Of a stretch of 64,000 bases of DNA, positions 14,462-28,866 are shown in pieces. Numbering within the stretch: position 1 is the stretch's first letter; the number at the start of each line of letters is the position of its first letter. The translations under genes were made by a program, and so were the position numbers. The notes under the pieces are model-generated. The model had not been told where the DNA came from, searched no databases, and saw only the letters and a list, made by a program, of their open reading frames with translations. Source of the stretch: Trichinella spiralis (lineage: Eukaryota); contig NW_003526943.1 in NCBI RefSeq assembly GCF_000181795.1, positions 9,532,849 through 9,596,848 on the forward strand, written 5' to 3'.

Positions 14462-17400
14462 CAGTTTAGCTTCGTGATCTGAATTGCATATTATTTCATT
14501 TTTGCATTTCCAACCAACCTCAATGAAGCAGTAGCAGCAACAACGACAACAACAACAACAACAGTAGTAACTACACTGCCATGTGCATTTTCTTTCTGTT
14601 TGCGTGTATTTAAATTTTTAAAGATCCAAGAAAATGACCAAAATCCTGGGATGATGATCAGTGGTAGAGAAAAGTGAAAATTTTGTATTTTCTTTCATCA
14701 TTTCTTTTTTATTCCTCGTATTCTCAGTTGGTAATTAGGGTATTATGCGTGATTTGGTTTCTGAGCGTCCGCTCATTTTGTATGTGCAACTTTTATTATT
14801 GTTTTATTATTATTTATTATTAATTTTTTGTCCAACGGTTTCAATGAAGAAACTATTAGCAATATGAGGTATTGTATCCTTTGTTTTTTTTGGACAAACT
14901 TTGGTAAATTTTTGACTGTTCCCAACACAGAAGTGTTCATTTAGAAGAGGTTAAAAATTTTGTCGATCATTTGCGCACCATTATCTATGCAAGTTATATA
15001 CAACACAATGCAGAATTGTGTATAAAAGTCTTTACACGACGAACGTGTGAATGTTGTAGAAAAAGTCCAATTTATACTTGCGCACTTGGATTTTTAATTT
15101 TTCGCATTTCAACAACACTCAACAAAGTGGAACAACAGCAACAATTTTTATGATGAAGAAATTGAAGAATAATTTTACAGGAATATTCTGAAATATACAA
15201 AATATAAAGTGAAACAACCGCTGGCAAAATATTCAAATTGTTAAGTGAAAATTAACACTGGACAGTTTTATTTATGTACACTTAAAGTAATTTATTTTAT
15301 TTTGAGAAATTATTTTTGTAATATATATACATTTAATACGCCAGTGATTTATATGTTATTGTATTTATTTATTTACTTATTTTTGACTTTATTCAACCGT
15401 TTTTAATTACAAGAGTTAAGGATGTAAAAATTTTTCGTACGTTTCGCTGTTTGTTATAAAATGCAATCAAAACTGACTCTTTAGCTTATTATACAGTTGG
15501 ACAAAAAAATATATATCTATTTTCCAAAATCAGAGACTTTTAGGAAGAAATATTTGTTTTTTTTCTCTTAAAATTTGGAAGTGCATCATGTTCACATCAA
15601 ACTATCTCTCTCACAAGGGACTAAAGCAAGAAACTGCATAGCAGTAGTTTTCAAAAATTATAGCTGCATATTTCATTGTATTTTTAAAAAAGTATATAGC
15701 CATAATTATTTTTTGATATTGCTATACGTAATCAACGGTTCTTTTCTTTCAATGCTTTAGCTTGAATGTTTAAATATGGTGGTTACTACTTTTTTTTTAT
15801 AGCTGGACGTTCAAACTGAAATTAAATTTAGCTTTTATTTACAATGGAGTATTATTCCTTTTTCAGTTTGTACTTTGAAGATAAAATTAATAAATACACA
15901 ACAAAATAATTGCACAAAACAAGCAATCAATCACTTCGCATATGACAGCTCAAATATTTTCAACACAACATCATTCTCTGAAGCAGAGCTGAAATCAACA
16001 ACTGAAATGAATAAATAAATGAAAACATGCACTAATGTGGCAATAAATGTATATAACTACCTGCATTTTTAATGACTACTGTATACGGTTATGACATTCG
16101 TTTCAATATGCAGCGATGTGAAGATGTGAAATTGAGAACTATAATTTTGTAAATTTTCACATTTTAATAATATTTCTGAAAATGGATAATATGACTTAGT
16201 TGTTTAAATGAAGTTCAGGATGATGAACAGGTAGTACTTGAGTACTGTATTATTGATTTTATGCTGCATTTGCTGTCCATTGTCAGAGGTTCGACTTGAA
16301 TCAATTTATCCTGTGTTAAGGTAATTTGAAGTGGATTTTCATATTGTAAACATGTTTTAGTAATAAAAAATTTTTTTGTTACAAAAATTTTTAACCGGTA
16401 TGTTTATAAAATTCGAAAAATTATTTTTTCAGCTGTGAATCATGTAGTGTAGCAGAATCATGGATGATATTTGCAATTTAAGACATTTAATATATTTACG
16501 TATATTTCAGCTGTCAATCACAGAGTAAATATTTCAAATAGACTTTTATTCATAAACATTTTCTTTTAAACTAACCTTTAAATTCCAGTTCTGGTATAGT
16601 ATGTGCATACTAGTGTAGAACATGTCAATCGAATTTTCGCTGTCTGATTTGTGTTGACAGTATTTTTCTGCGTTTCCATTTGCTCATCTTGTGTTGTTTT
16701 AATTTAAAAAATTTTATTTGTACGTTTAAAAATATTTGTGCATTATTTTGTCAAATTAGTTGCAGCTGAAAAGTACTCTACTCTATTCGATATCCAGAAG
16801 GTTTTATTTGAATTTTTAATTTTTAATATTTGTGATGTCGAACTTGAAGTGTTAATTCTACTCGTGAATATTTTCCACTGAGGTGATCAGCTACACTGAG
16901 GATTCATTTCAGCTTCTTATTTGTGAACATTTGTTGATTGCATATTTTGACGTTTTCATTTAATAGCTTGTTTTCCTCTTAAACCACTGAGTGCCTGCCT
17001 GTTTGCTGCATTATTGACGAAGAGAAATTCTGCTCAAGTATGCTAGTTCTCATATTGTGTTAGTTATAATTTTAATATTGGACTATTTTTTTTAAATTTT
17101 CTGTTATTTGTTTTAATTAGAGGATAGAATTTCAATAGATGTTAAAAGTTGAAAAGAGAAATTGTTTTTAATGAAACTTAAAAAGTAACTAGCTAATTGC
17201 GATAGCATTGTTCGAAGAAATTATTATTGAAAATATTGAATCATTGGTTCAGTTGTTGTTTGTCTTTCTCAGCATTTCTATTCTCGTATACTTGTTTTGT
17301 GAAAATTTCAATTTCTTTAATCTAAATTAAATTGCGATACAAGTACATAAATAAAGAAAATAGTAATGATAATTATTGACGTTGTGTAGAATATTTTCCA

Positions 17401-17950
17401 TCCATCATTATACTCAGTAAATGAGTGAATTATTGATTTATTTGCATAATTTACATTTTAGCACGTCCCGTTGATGTACTGATTGCATTGTGAAATGATT
17501 TTGAATTATTATATTATTAATTGTTTTAATAAATAAATAAGAAATTTTCTTGCATGCCAATAATGATCTGCTTGCATTGTCATATGTTTTGTTGATCAGA
17601 TTTTTATCGATCAGATAGTTTATTTCCTCAATATTATTTATTTTTCAAAGAATATGTTTTTTGTTTTGTTTATAAAAATTAATATTTGAAATCAACTTGT
17701 AATCGTCATGTGTGACAGCTGTTTAACTGCTTTGAGACAGCAATGTTTGTTTCTTTGATGACTTGCAAATTATTTGAATAGTTTTAAAAAAAATAGATAG
17801 ATACCATATCATTCAATGACAATAACATTATTATTTTTTATTATTTTTATAATATTCGACGTGCGTAATACAGCATGTGTGATTTTTCATAATAATGGTA
17901 ATTGTGAATTTTATTGAAATTGTTATTTTAGAAAATTTTACTATTATACA

Positions 17951-20484
17951 ATGAGCTGTGCAAAAGTTACCCAGCCGGTTTGCTTAGTGGTCATTGATGG
18001 ATGGGGCATGTGCGGTTCAGCTAACGGTATGCGAAATTAATTATAATCATATGAATAATTATGCAGTGAGTGATTGCTTCTTTTTGACCAATTCAGGAAA
18101 TGCTATCTGCAATGCTAAAACACCTGTGATGACGAGACTGTTCGGTGAGAATAGTACTCAGCTGGAAGCGCACGGTTTACACGTCGGCTTACCAGAAGGT
18201 CTTATGGGAAATTCTGAAGTGGGACATTTGAATATTGGTGCAGGACGTGTTGTTTATCAAGTAAGCTACTGCTTAACACAAATCCAATTATATTATTAAT
18301 TTCATTTTTTTCTTTTCTTTTATCCTTGAATATCTTGCAGTTTTTAAGTTATCCTTGTTATTGTTGTTGTTGTCATTGTTGTGCAAATTTAAATTTGATA
18401 ATGTTATTTGTTTTTTATGTAAGCAAAATGTATGTATATGTAGATTCTATGCATCTTTTCTTTTCATATTGTAAAAAATATTTTTATTTTTTGATGAAAG
18501 CACAAATATAATTTGAATTTTTTTTATTTGGTATTGGTAAATTTGAATTTTAGGATATTGTTCGTATCAACATGGCAGTAACGTCTGGAAAAATCAAGGA
18601 AAATGCGACATTGGTGAACGCGTGCAAGAATGCGAGCAATAAAAATGGTCGCCTTCATTTGCTTGGATTGGTAATTGCATTGCAATCTGCATCTGGGATG
18701 TGGATTTTTTGTTCACATTTATAATTTGCGAATAAAAATATGCTTGTCGATTGGAGGTTAGCGACGGCGGTGTCCATTCTCACATCAAGCATATGTTCGG
18801 TTTACTTGAAGCGGCAAAATACCACAAAGTTCCAAAGTGTTTTATTCAATTCTTTTCTGATGGTCGTGATACGAGCCCGACAAGCGGAGGTTCGAGAATT
18901 GGTTTGACTTATTTGCATAAAATATTGTTTCTCTTTTAGTTCGATTCGTTGAAGAGGTTTTCAATTTCACGAAAAATATTCAGTATGGTCAACTGGCAAC
19001 TGTAGTTGGACGTTATTATGCAATGGACAGAGATAAACGTTGGGAACGCAATCAAATTGCATACGAAGGCTTAGTAGCCGGTAGAGGAGAAAAAGCAACT
19101 GAAGATACACTTATAGAGGTTGATAAATATTAATTTTGTATAAATATATATATAAATGTGTTTTTTAATGTTTATTTTGTATTTTATATGATTTGCATTT
19201 CATAGGTGATAAAGAAAAGTTATGACAACAATGTGACTGATGAATTTTTAAAACCAATCATTGTGAACGATGAAGGGCGCATAAAAGGTATCCATATACT
19301 ACGATGTGGATTCATCTTCGTTTTTTTTTGTTTTGTTTTGTTTTGCATATTCATTTTCTTATTTTAGATGATGATACTCTGATATTTTTTGATTATCGAG
19401 CTGACCGTATGCGACAGATTGTAGAAGCATTTGGCATTAAACGAAATTTCGAAACTGATGTTGCACATCCAAAAAATCTTGTACTAAACTTTTCTTTTTT
19501 ACACACACGCACATATATATTGCAATTATCAATGCCATTTTTTTGCACTTTAGTACATCTCTTGCATGACACAATATAACAAAGATTTTACATTTCCATT
19601 GCTTTTTCCTCCTGAATCGCACAAGAATGTTTTGGCCGAATGGTTGGCTGCTAACAGTATTCCTCAGTTTCACTGTGCTGGTATGGTTTAGAGAGTTCTA
19701 TGTGCAATATTTTGCATGAAAATTAATTACAATTTACAGAAACTGAAAAGTATGCGCACGTGACATTTTTCTTTAACGGTGGACGCGAGGCTCCATTTGA
19801 TCACGAAGATAGACTGATGATACCATCGCCGAAAGTGGCTACTTATGACTTGAAACCAGAAATGAGTTGCATGGAAGTTGGTTCCAAAGTATGTATATGT
19901 ATATATGGTTTTGGTGTTCATTTTTTGAGTTTTGTTTTTGTAGATGGCTGAAATTATTCGAACAAAGAATTATCCGTTTGTTATGTGTAATTTTGCTCCA
20001 CCGGATATGGTTGGTCACACAGGCATTTACGAGGCAGCGGTGAAAGCTTGTGAAGCAACTGGTAAGCATTTTACCTGCATGTAATAATATAACAATGTGC
20101 ATTTTGCTTATATGTATGTATGCATGTGTGTGTTTTTTAAATAAATAGATTGTGCTATTGGTTTGGTTGAAAAAGCTTGTCAAGAAGCTGGTTATGTTTT
20201 AATGATCACTGCCGATCATGGAAATGCGGAGCAGATGTTCGATCCAAAAGGAGGCAAACATACAGCGCATACGTGCAATCGAGGTATTTGCTGGCAATTA
20301 TTACAGTAGGGTTAATTTTTGATTTTGATTTTTAGTTCCATTCATCTCGACTGGCAAACGACGTCTGATGGCAAAACTGCCCGATCGCGAACCCGCTTTA
20401 TGCGACGTTGCACCAACAGTGCTCGATCAAATGGGCTTGGCAATTCCCAGTGAAATGGGAGGAAAATCTCTGTTGCAAAATTGA
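17951..20484 (+). CDS. ipgm-1: 2,3-bisphosphoglycerate-independent phosphoglycerate mutase (iPGM), multi-exon
   Basis: [10 protein letters not shown], catalytic-Ser motif [77 protein letters not shown] and LCDVAPT. ATG at 17951, stop TGA at 20482-20484. Confidence 0.96.
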
Positions 20485-23400
20485 ATGTCTAAACTGAAGA
20501 TTAAAAATTAGTTTAGTGATTTAAATTCCAGTGTCGATTTACTACATTTATTTATTATATCCATAGACAACAGCATTATTAATTAATTTTTCTATAGTTG
20601 ATACTTTTCCGTGATATATATATATATGCATGTTTATGATGAAAAAGTTTTTCCCATTTAGGAATAAGTATGAATTATTTATAATCAATTTGGAAATTGA
20701 AACGGTAGATTTGTGAGTATATTTTTAATTAATTTGTCATCAGTTGGAAATTTTTCATAAATAATCTATTTACATGTGTGAAAATGTTTTTATTATTTTC
20801 ATGTTCGTATTTATTATTTCATATTCTTTGCATAGGTTAGTTTAATTTCCGATTTTTAATAAATGCTACGAAATTACTTCGTTCACATGATTTGTAATAA
20901 AAATATTTTTTAATTTAAAGTTAATTTTGTAATTGAAATTTTAAACTTTTTCAAGTTTAAATTCCAAAGTGATAAATTATTCCCCAATGGGCAACATGCA
21001 GTAAATGTATTTATTTTATTAACCCTATTCATTTTAATTATGAAATAAAATATAGTGTTGTAAATTGTTGAAAAAATTTTTTTCTTGCATTAATCAATTT
21101 CGATATTTTTCATTAACAATTTAATAATAGTTGTTTCTGTGTTAGCATTTGATGCTTTTCAGCGATGAAAAGGAGATAACAGTAAACAAAGTGTCCAATT
21201 GACAATGTTAAAATGCAAACGACCTGCTTGTGCAAAGCCAGTAAAATAATGCAATAATTCATAAACAAATATTAATTCACAAGTTAATTGAATAATAATA
21301 ATAAATTTTTCGAAAGTAGAAAATATTCTATCCAAATGAGACTGAGAAAATGAAATAAAATTCAAATAGCTATAATTTTAAAAGTTCAGCAGCTGTACGT
21401 GATAAATTCAGTTGAACAGCAAGTTAGTAGTTTAGTCGTAGCTTCAGTATTGAATATCAGACTAGTGATCGGATAAATCAGATAAGCACAATAGCGACCT
21501 TAATCTGAGTTTTGGTATTTTTGTCTTTTTTTGCAATTTTTTTTGATACAGATTTTTCAACTGATTTTCAACGTTACCAAGGTGAAAAATTTGAACTACT
21601 TTGTCATTAATTAATTAATTTTCAATAAATTAATAAATTACAACGGCGTTTGATAATAAAAATTATTGAAGATTAATAACTGCTTGAAAAATGTCATTCA
21701 AAATAGGATAATTGTAGATATCAAATACTACTACCACTAATAATAATAATAATAGTGTTGTTGTAGTTATGAATGGATGCCAATTTAAAATTGCGTAATA
21801 ATTTATAAAGTGTAACTAGATGCAAATTTGGTGGAAATAAGACAGGCGGCAAATTATACGGCAAAAGGTCATGAACGTGTTCCTGGCACTGATTTCTTCT
21901 CCAAAACGTGCTCGCAATGTGTGCTGCAGCTTATGGAAGCTGCTAGCTTCACCAGTACGTCAACCGGTATTGTTGCATGGCTTCGTCAAATCTCCAATTG
22001 ATAAAATTTTCACTTCCACAAAATGAACCTTTTTTTGGAAAATAAAAAAATTTTATTGTTAAAAAATATTTCAAATCAACGCTCTCTGTTTTTTGCATGC
22101 AAATAAAAATGCATATAGCACAAAATTTTTGGAAATAAAACACGCTCTGAAATGAAAGTTCATCTCGCTTTTTAAAAATGAAGAAGAAAAAAAGAATACA
22201 TTAATAATAATTGATTATCATTTATCAAACTGTAAAATGTAAATTGAAAATTGTGAACTTTTATATTGAAATTATTTCACTTCTTTTTTCAGCTGCTATT
22301 TTACTCACTTATTTCTTAATGTAGAGAAGCATAAATATGTCTCTGTGATAGAGATGAAATTGATTAATATGCTTATTAATTGAAATTATGAGAAAGTTGA
22401 AAATTATAAAATGAAAACTGCAATTGTTATCAAAAAATTAAAAATCAAGCAGATCAGAGGTAAGAATAAAAAGTAAAAAAATAAACACCCGCCAAAATTT
22501 ACAGAAAAAAAGTATTCAAAACACATTTGAAGTATTTCTAAAAATCAAAAATTGCATATGAAAAAAAATTGCTTGAAATAAATTCATGTTGAAGAGTTTA
22601 ATATGCTTTTTTTTATTTTAAAAAAAGTGACGCTGAACTCATGAACAAGTGATGAAGATGAGAGCAGAAAAGAAAAAGCAGGTTTGCTTATTTTCTTACG
22701 GTCTATTTTTTCAGGTTTCTAAAGGGTAAAACAATTTGAATTTTTTCCAGACACATCTCAACACGGAGAGAGCAATAAAATGGAAAAAATTACCCAGATG
22801 CAGTTAAAATTAAAAAAAAGAAGGAGGCCTCAGCCTTTTTTCATGAAATTTTCTATTGTGACCAGTTCACCTGGACCAAAATAATAATCAGGCAAATTCT
22901 GTTTCAAGGTTTCAGCAAGGACAAGCATCCATTTGCACAGAAAAACTACTTTTTTTCTTTTTTATTTTTTTCTGTGTTAAATGTAAAATATTTCATTAAA
23001 TTGGAGCAAAAAAATTCTAAAGATAATTTCAAATGTAAATTTTACAAATAATTCTGAAAAGTTGAAATGAAATTGGGGAAAAATGAAATAAATTTCGAAA
23101 TCTTTTACTGCATGGAAAAGTATTAAACTCATGGAAATGCAAGTAAAATTAATATAAAATTATTGAATCGATTGCATCTGTATTATTTTTCTTTTTTATT
23201 GAACGTTGTACTAAATTTGCTCGAAGATTTATTCTGAGATTAATTCTGTTAAGATAAAATTTATTCTTAGTATTCAACAAAAATTTAATGTACACAGACT
23301 GTCAACATGAAGCAAGCATTCACGCGCCGTTATATTTCGTGAGATTCTTCTTACGCTATCACCAGTAAAGTTATATGCTTGATAAAATTTAAAAATTTTC

Positions 23401-24761
23401 CCAATTTTTGTTACATTTTTGTAATAAAATATATGAAATGAACCCTTACTTTTAAAGCGGAAGAAATTGAGGAAAAAAGCTCCTGTGACGTTCACAAAAG
23501 ATGAAAAATGACTTTTAAAATTTTTCCCCAAAAACGGTTGACATATCTGGTGCTGCATTATTTTAAATAAAGATAAAACTATTTTTTTTATTTCAATTTT
23601 TTAACAAACTGATGAACCGTTTGACAAAAATTCACCGGCTAATTTTCATTGTGACCATGAGTGAATAAATAATACGTTAGCTTGCAATTATCATATCTGA
23701 AAGATTCATGGACGAACGATCGTCGTGTGACAGGCATTTCCTGTTTTTATTTCTTCTCATCAAAATTGCATGAAAAGTTATTATCATTTTTTATTTTCTA
23801 TAAAATGCAAACAATACTGAGGTTGTGTGTTGAGAATTCATTTGAAAATTTTACTAAATATTAAAACAACAACAACAGCAATGAGAACAACAATAGATAT
23901 GATAATAATAATAGCAAATATATGGGGAAAATACATTTTTTTAAAAAATAAATTAAAAAGCGAAAACGTAAAAAAGTAAAAAGACAGACACAGCGGCATG
24001 AGCTTAAGAATCATTGCTAGCCTCAGGGTAGCTGTTGATGACGACATCAGTAAACGGTCATTTTGTAGTTCGTGAAAGCGGAAGGTCGGTGTGAATGTGC
24101 TCGCAGTCAGCCGGTGGAACTGTTCGTTCTGGTCTAACGACACTTTTATGCTGACTTTCTTGTTGTCAAAATTGAAATAACTGATTTGCTCACCGTGTCA
24201 TACATACCTGCGTGTGCGCAATGAATGATCAAACAGGCAGGCAGGCATCATGAATTATAATACCGACTATTATTATTAATTTTCACCTGTCTTTCTCTTA
24301 TCTTATTAATTTGTCTGCGCTAATTTATTTCATTGCACATTTGGTCCTTGTTTTCTGCTTTTTTTCCCATACTTCTTTCCACTTTATTTCATTATATCGT
24401 CTTCTTCCATGCACGCATGTATCAGTTTTGTTCATCCCCTTTACAAAAGCTTCACCTCTCTGTGAATCGTTCATTTCTATTTTCACTTGGATCTCATTGT
24501 TGAATAAAACTGTTTCACAAACAACTGAACATTCATATATTTTATACACAACTTAATAAATTCACATATCACATACTACACACTACATATTACACACATA
24601 TATATATATATATACATATATATATGTACTACTACCTTGTTTAGCTACTTATTATATATATATATATACATATCGTATGCTATTTTCTTCTTTTCATCCT
24701 GTGCAAGAAAATTTTTCATTCATTTTTCAACAAAACAATTAATACTGGCTGATCAGTAATT

Positions 24762-27757
24762 ATGGATGTGGTCAGTTGGGGATCGTTCTTCTGGATACTT
24801 GCTTTCACTATTATACCATGCGCTGCTTTTCCATTGAACTGGCGTTTGTTATCTGTCGCTCAAATAGATTTACCATGTTCCCCTCTTCCACTGGCAGTGG
24901 ATTTTCACCCGCACAAAAAAATATCTTGCAACACAACAGAAAGTAATGATAATTTTATTCAAAATAACAACAACAATAATAATAATAATCAAAAATTGAT
25001 GCACCATTCAGCAGCAGTTGATCATCTGATGCGAACTCATCAACGTACCAGGCATCGACGTAAGAAGCTTAACTTGATCAAAGAAGCTTTGGTAAGTGCA
25101 ATTTAAAAGAATTTAAATTTTTTACATAACGTAATTTTTAATATTCATCTTCAAATCATCCAATAATGATAACTTTATACCTCTTAATCTTATGAGAATT
25201 GAAGAAATTATCAATAAATACGCCCAAGGTCGTTGTAATGATCAATTATATGTGAGATGAATGTTTCAGATAGCATTGAAATTATGTAACAACAATGAAG
25301 CATCATTTTTCATTTCTAGCATTTAATTTCAGTATATATGTAATGCAAACTTTCTAAAATTTAACTGTAAATGGCTAATTATTGCACACATTATTAAAAC
25401 TTATTAACAAAAAAGGAATTTATAATAATATTTTTTCCTGCTTTATCAAAACAACATGAGTTACCTGTATTTTAAGAAAATTCATTCTTTGTTGGACAAC
25501 TAATGTTTTTTTTTAAAATATATCTCGATTGGATGTTTTAGTCAAATTTTACTAATACACTTTATCCCAATTTATTTTAGTTCAATATCTTTGAATTACA
25601 CTATATTTTAAAATGTAAAATAGCCAAAATTCATCTGTATATATATAAATAAGAAAATATGGTCATTGTTTAAATAAAGTTATGAATGTAAAGAAGTGAA
25701 ATTTATAAGCACAATTATTAAATCATTGTCAGTTCAACAGATGCGAATCTGTTTTTTTTAAATATTTTGCATTTCATATGAAATTGCAGATTTCCATGGG
25801 TATTTTTTATCAAACGCTTATAATTCTCGTCAAGATATACTTGATAAATATATTTCAAAAAAATGCTTTCTACAGATATATCTTCGAAAATATGGCTACT
25901 TAAAAGATGGTGCAACAGCAAAAAGTGTTGAAGCAGCGCTGAAGTATTGTTTAATGATGTGCAAATGAATAAATTTCCATTAACTCTGCAATTATAGAAC
26001 TTTCCAAGAAACGGCTGGAATTCAACAAACTGGAGAACTTGATGGCATTACAGTTGAACATTTGAGAAAAAGTCGATGCGGAAATTCAGACATTGATCAA
26101 CGTATAATATCGTTGAGCAGTAGAAAAAAGCGTTTCAGTAAGATCAGTGCTTTGATGAACATAGCAAATATTCAAATTTATTATTTAATTTTAGCTCAGG
26201 TTAGTAAATGGGTAGGCAGAGTTGATCACAATGATTTGCTTCATTTAAAATGGAAAATAAACAAATTTTCAAACAAAATGCCAGTTGATGAAACAAAGTA
26301 AATAATAATTAAGTTTGGCGATCATTAATTATTGATGATATATTATTAAGCACAACGAGTTTTAGAAATGTGGTCAAGAGAGCTCTTCAAATTTGGTCTG
26401 ATCAACTAGCAATTCCATCTATAAGAAATGTAAAACTTTTGTTTACCGAATCGAAACATGACAGTGATGCTGATATTGGAATCATGTGGGCTTCAGGTGA
26501 ACATGGTGACGAGTATCCTTTTGATGGAGGTATATTTTATGTTTTTTCTCATTTCATTTCACATTACTATCATTATTTGTAAAACTATCGTAAATATTCA
26601 ATTTTATAATCTTAAAATTAAAAAAATAAAAATAAAATAAAGAAATTAAAGTAACTTATCTGCATGTGTATTGTAGATTAATGTTTCGAAGAGGTAATAG
26701 CTGAATTTAAGATTAGCTGTTATTAAGAGTAAACAAATTTTACAGCTGGAAATTCGAGCAACATTTTGGCACATACCTTCTATCCGAACTATCAACCATC
26801 CGGTACTTTGAACGGTGATATTCATTTCGACGAAAGTGAAAATTGGACGCTGGATCTAAATGGAAAGACTACGGATTCATACTTTCCATATGTACTGGTG
26901 CATGAAATTGGCCATGCCCTTGGCCTAGGCCATTCTAAAAGGCAGGATGCGGTAATGAATCCAATATACAAGCAAATACCACTATCTAGCATCAATCTTG
27001 ATATTGATGACAAATGTGCTCTAAACTGGAACTACAGTAAATTATTAAATAATAAGAAATTCAGCTGCAAACTGTTTCAGCTATTTGCATTTTAGTCGGA
27101 CCATCGAATATTTGTCTGTTTGTTTGGTTGATGGTGGAACTTCTCCCTCGCGCTAGGAGCAACAGCTTATTGTCTGTACAAAATGCACCAAGTAATCACT
27201 TCAAATTTTGAAAATATTGAAAATAATTTATGAATTTTATTTATACAATCAAGTGTCACTCGAAAAGGCTCTCCTTCAGCCGATGCGTTTACGAAAATCC
27301 AATTCAGAGTCCAATACTGAAGCACACGAAGACATAGGTGAGGAAAAATGTAGTGGAAAAATTAAAATTTTTATTTAAATCAAAATTTGAATTTCAAAAT
27401 TTTAAGACTGGTCATTGGTGAAATGCACCGAAGATAATCAACTGAAAAATATTTTGCACACGCTTCTAAAAGAAAATTTAAACTTGTCCAACAAAGACGC
27501 TGCTCATTTGGGTATTTCAATTTTGTTGCTTTTTATTTTTTGATATGAATATTGAAAAAAATGTTATGCTTGTTCCAGGAGAAAAGCTGTGCAAATTTCT
27601 TGACGGACAACGCTTGAAATCCGGTGAACAAAAGATGAAGAAAAATATTGAAAGCGTATGGCATAAGAAAGTTTTTCAGAGAGAATTTCAATTTAAAACA
27701 GATGAAACGGAACTACTCAACGATCTTCTGTTTTCCATATTAAACAAGGAAAAATGA
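24762..27757 (+). CDS. Secreted matrix metalloproteinase (peptidase M10A/matrixin) lacking a recognisable hemopexin domain
   Basis: Hydrophobic signal peptide, pro-domain (YLRKYGYL...NFQETAGIQQTGELD), cysteine switch SRCGNSD, furin site RKKR, HGDEYPFDG, LAHTFYP, GDIHFDESENW, zinc motif HEIGHALGLGH and Met-turn AVMNP. 3' exons are less certain. Confidence 0.9.
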
Positions 27758-28866
27758 ACTGGAAAATATGCATGTAAAAGGAAGTTGAACAAATTTGAAA
27801 ATTTGTAAAATCATGCATTGTCTCACTTGACGCTGGTCGTCGGATGTTAAGCATCACTTACAGGACTGTTGACGGCGCCACTGCAAAGATGCTAATGGTT
27901 CAAATTGTTATTTGCTTCTCATTTCACGAAAGCGACTTTACTGTTGATCTAAAAAAGGCTTTAAATTATTTAAATTGTTTATAAAAATTAAAAAGAAAAC
28001 ATTTTTTCCCGGTTTTAGAGATTTTTTGCATTTTGAAAATGTTTCATTGATTCTTCACATGTGCAAGAATAGTTGCTCGTTGTAAAATGAAAAAGCAGAA
28101 GAGCTTTTCTAGTTTTTCATTCATCTTCATTCATTGCGCTAACATTGTTGATAAATTTTTGTTCATTTCGCTTTCACATTAAATGTGTGTCGATATGTGT
28201 GATATTCATTTTTTTATTCATAAATCTGACTGCAAAATTGATGATAATACTCTGATTTTAATTGATTGAAATGCAAAGAAATGCTCAATTCATCTAGTTT
28301 AGTTTTCATTTTAAAATACTGCTTAATTTTTAATCAAAATTAAATATCAAACAGTCTCATTAAACAAATTATTATTTTCAAAAGCATGATATAACAAAAC
28401 ACTCATTTTTACTGATATCAATATTGCTCTGCTAACATACACTGATAAAAGCGTTTAGCATGTTTTCAGTGTAAACAACAAAGCGGACGGTTCTGTTCTA
28501 CCAGTTCATTTTATCAAAAATCTAAATAATAATATTAACACAAAATGCATCATTTTTTAAATAATCCAATTCAGAATGAATATCATGATACATCATCTAT
28601 GAAATTTTTAGATGCCATTTATTTAAAAAGAAAACATTCACATCAGCATTATGTGGCAAATCATATTTTACTCTACTCTGTAAATTCAGAATATTACAAT
28701 ACTAATAATTTAAAATGTTTCTGCTATATTTCAATGATTTATTTCAAAACAATTAATGAAATTTCAAAGCTTATGTATTTCTGCAAAAATTAACATAAAA
28801 ATTAATACCTGCGTTTCTTACTGTAGCCCATTGAATAATTTTAGGTTCCAAAGAGCAGCATAACAA

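Noticed and set aside
14650..14764. ATGATGA...CTGA as a box C/D snoRNA downstream of mvk
   Set aside because: ATG repeats are abundant locally, and there is no terminal stem or recognisable guide.
19289..19368. gtatccat donor in ipgm-1 (and gtatccaa at ~60326 in DOCK) as U12-type introns
   Set aside because: They do not match GTATCCTT and no TCCTTAAC-type branch site is visible.
17951..20484. iPGM as a recent bacterial horizontal transfer
   Set aside because: Nematodes normally use iPGM, and this copy has many spliceosomal introns and host-like composition.
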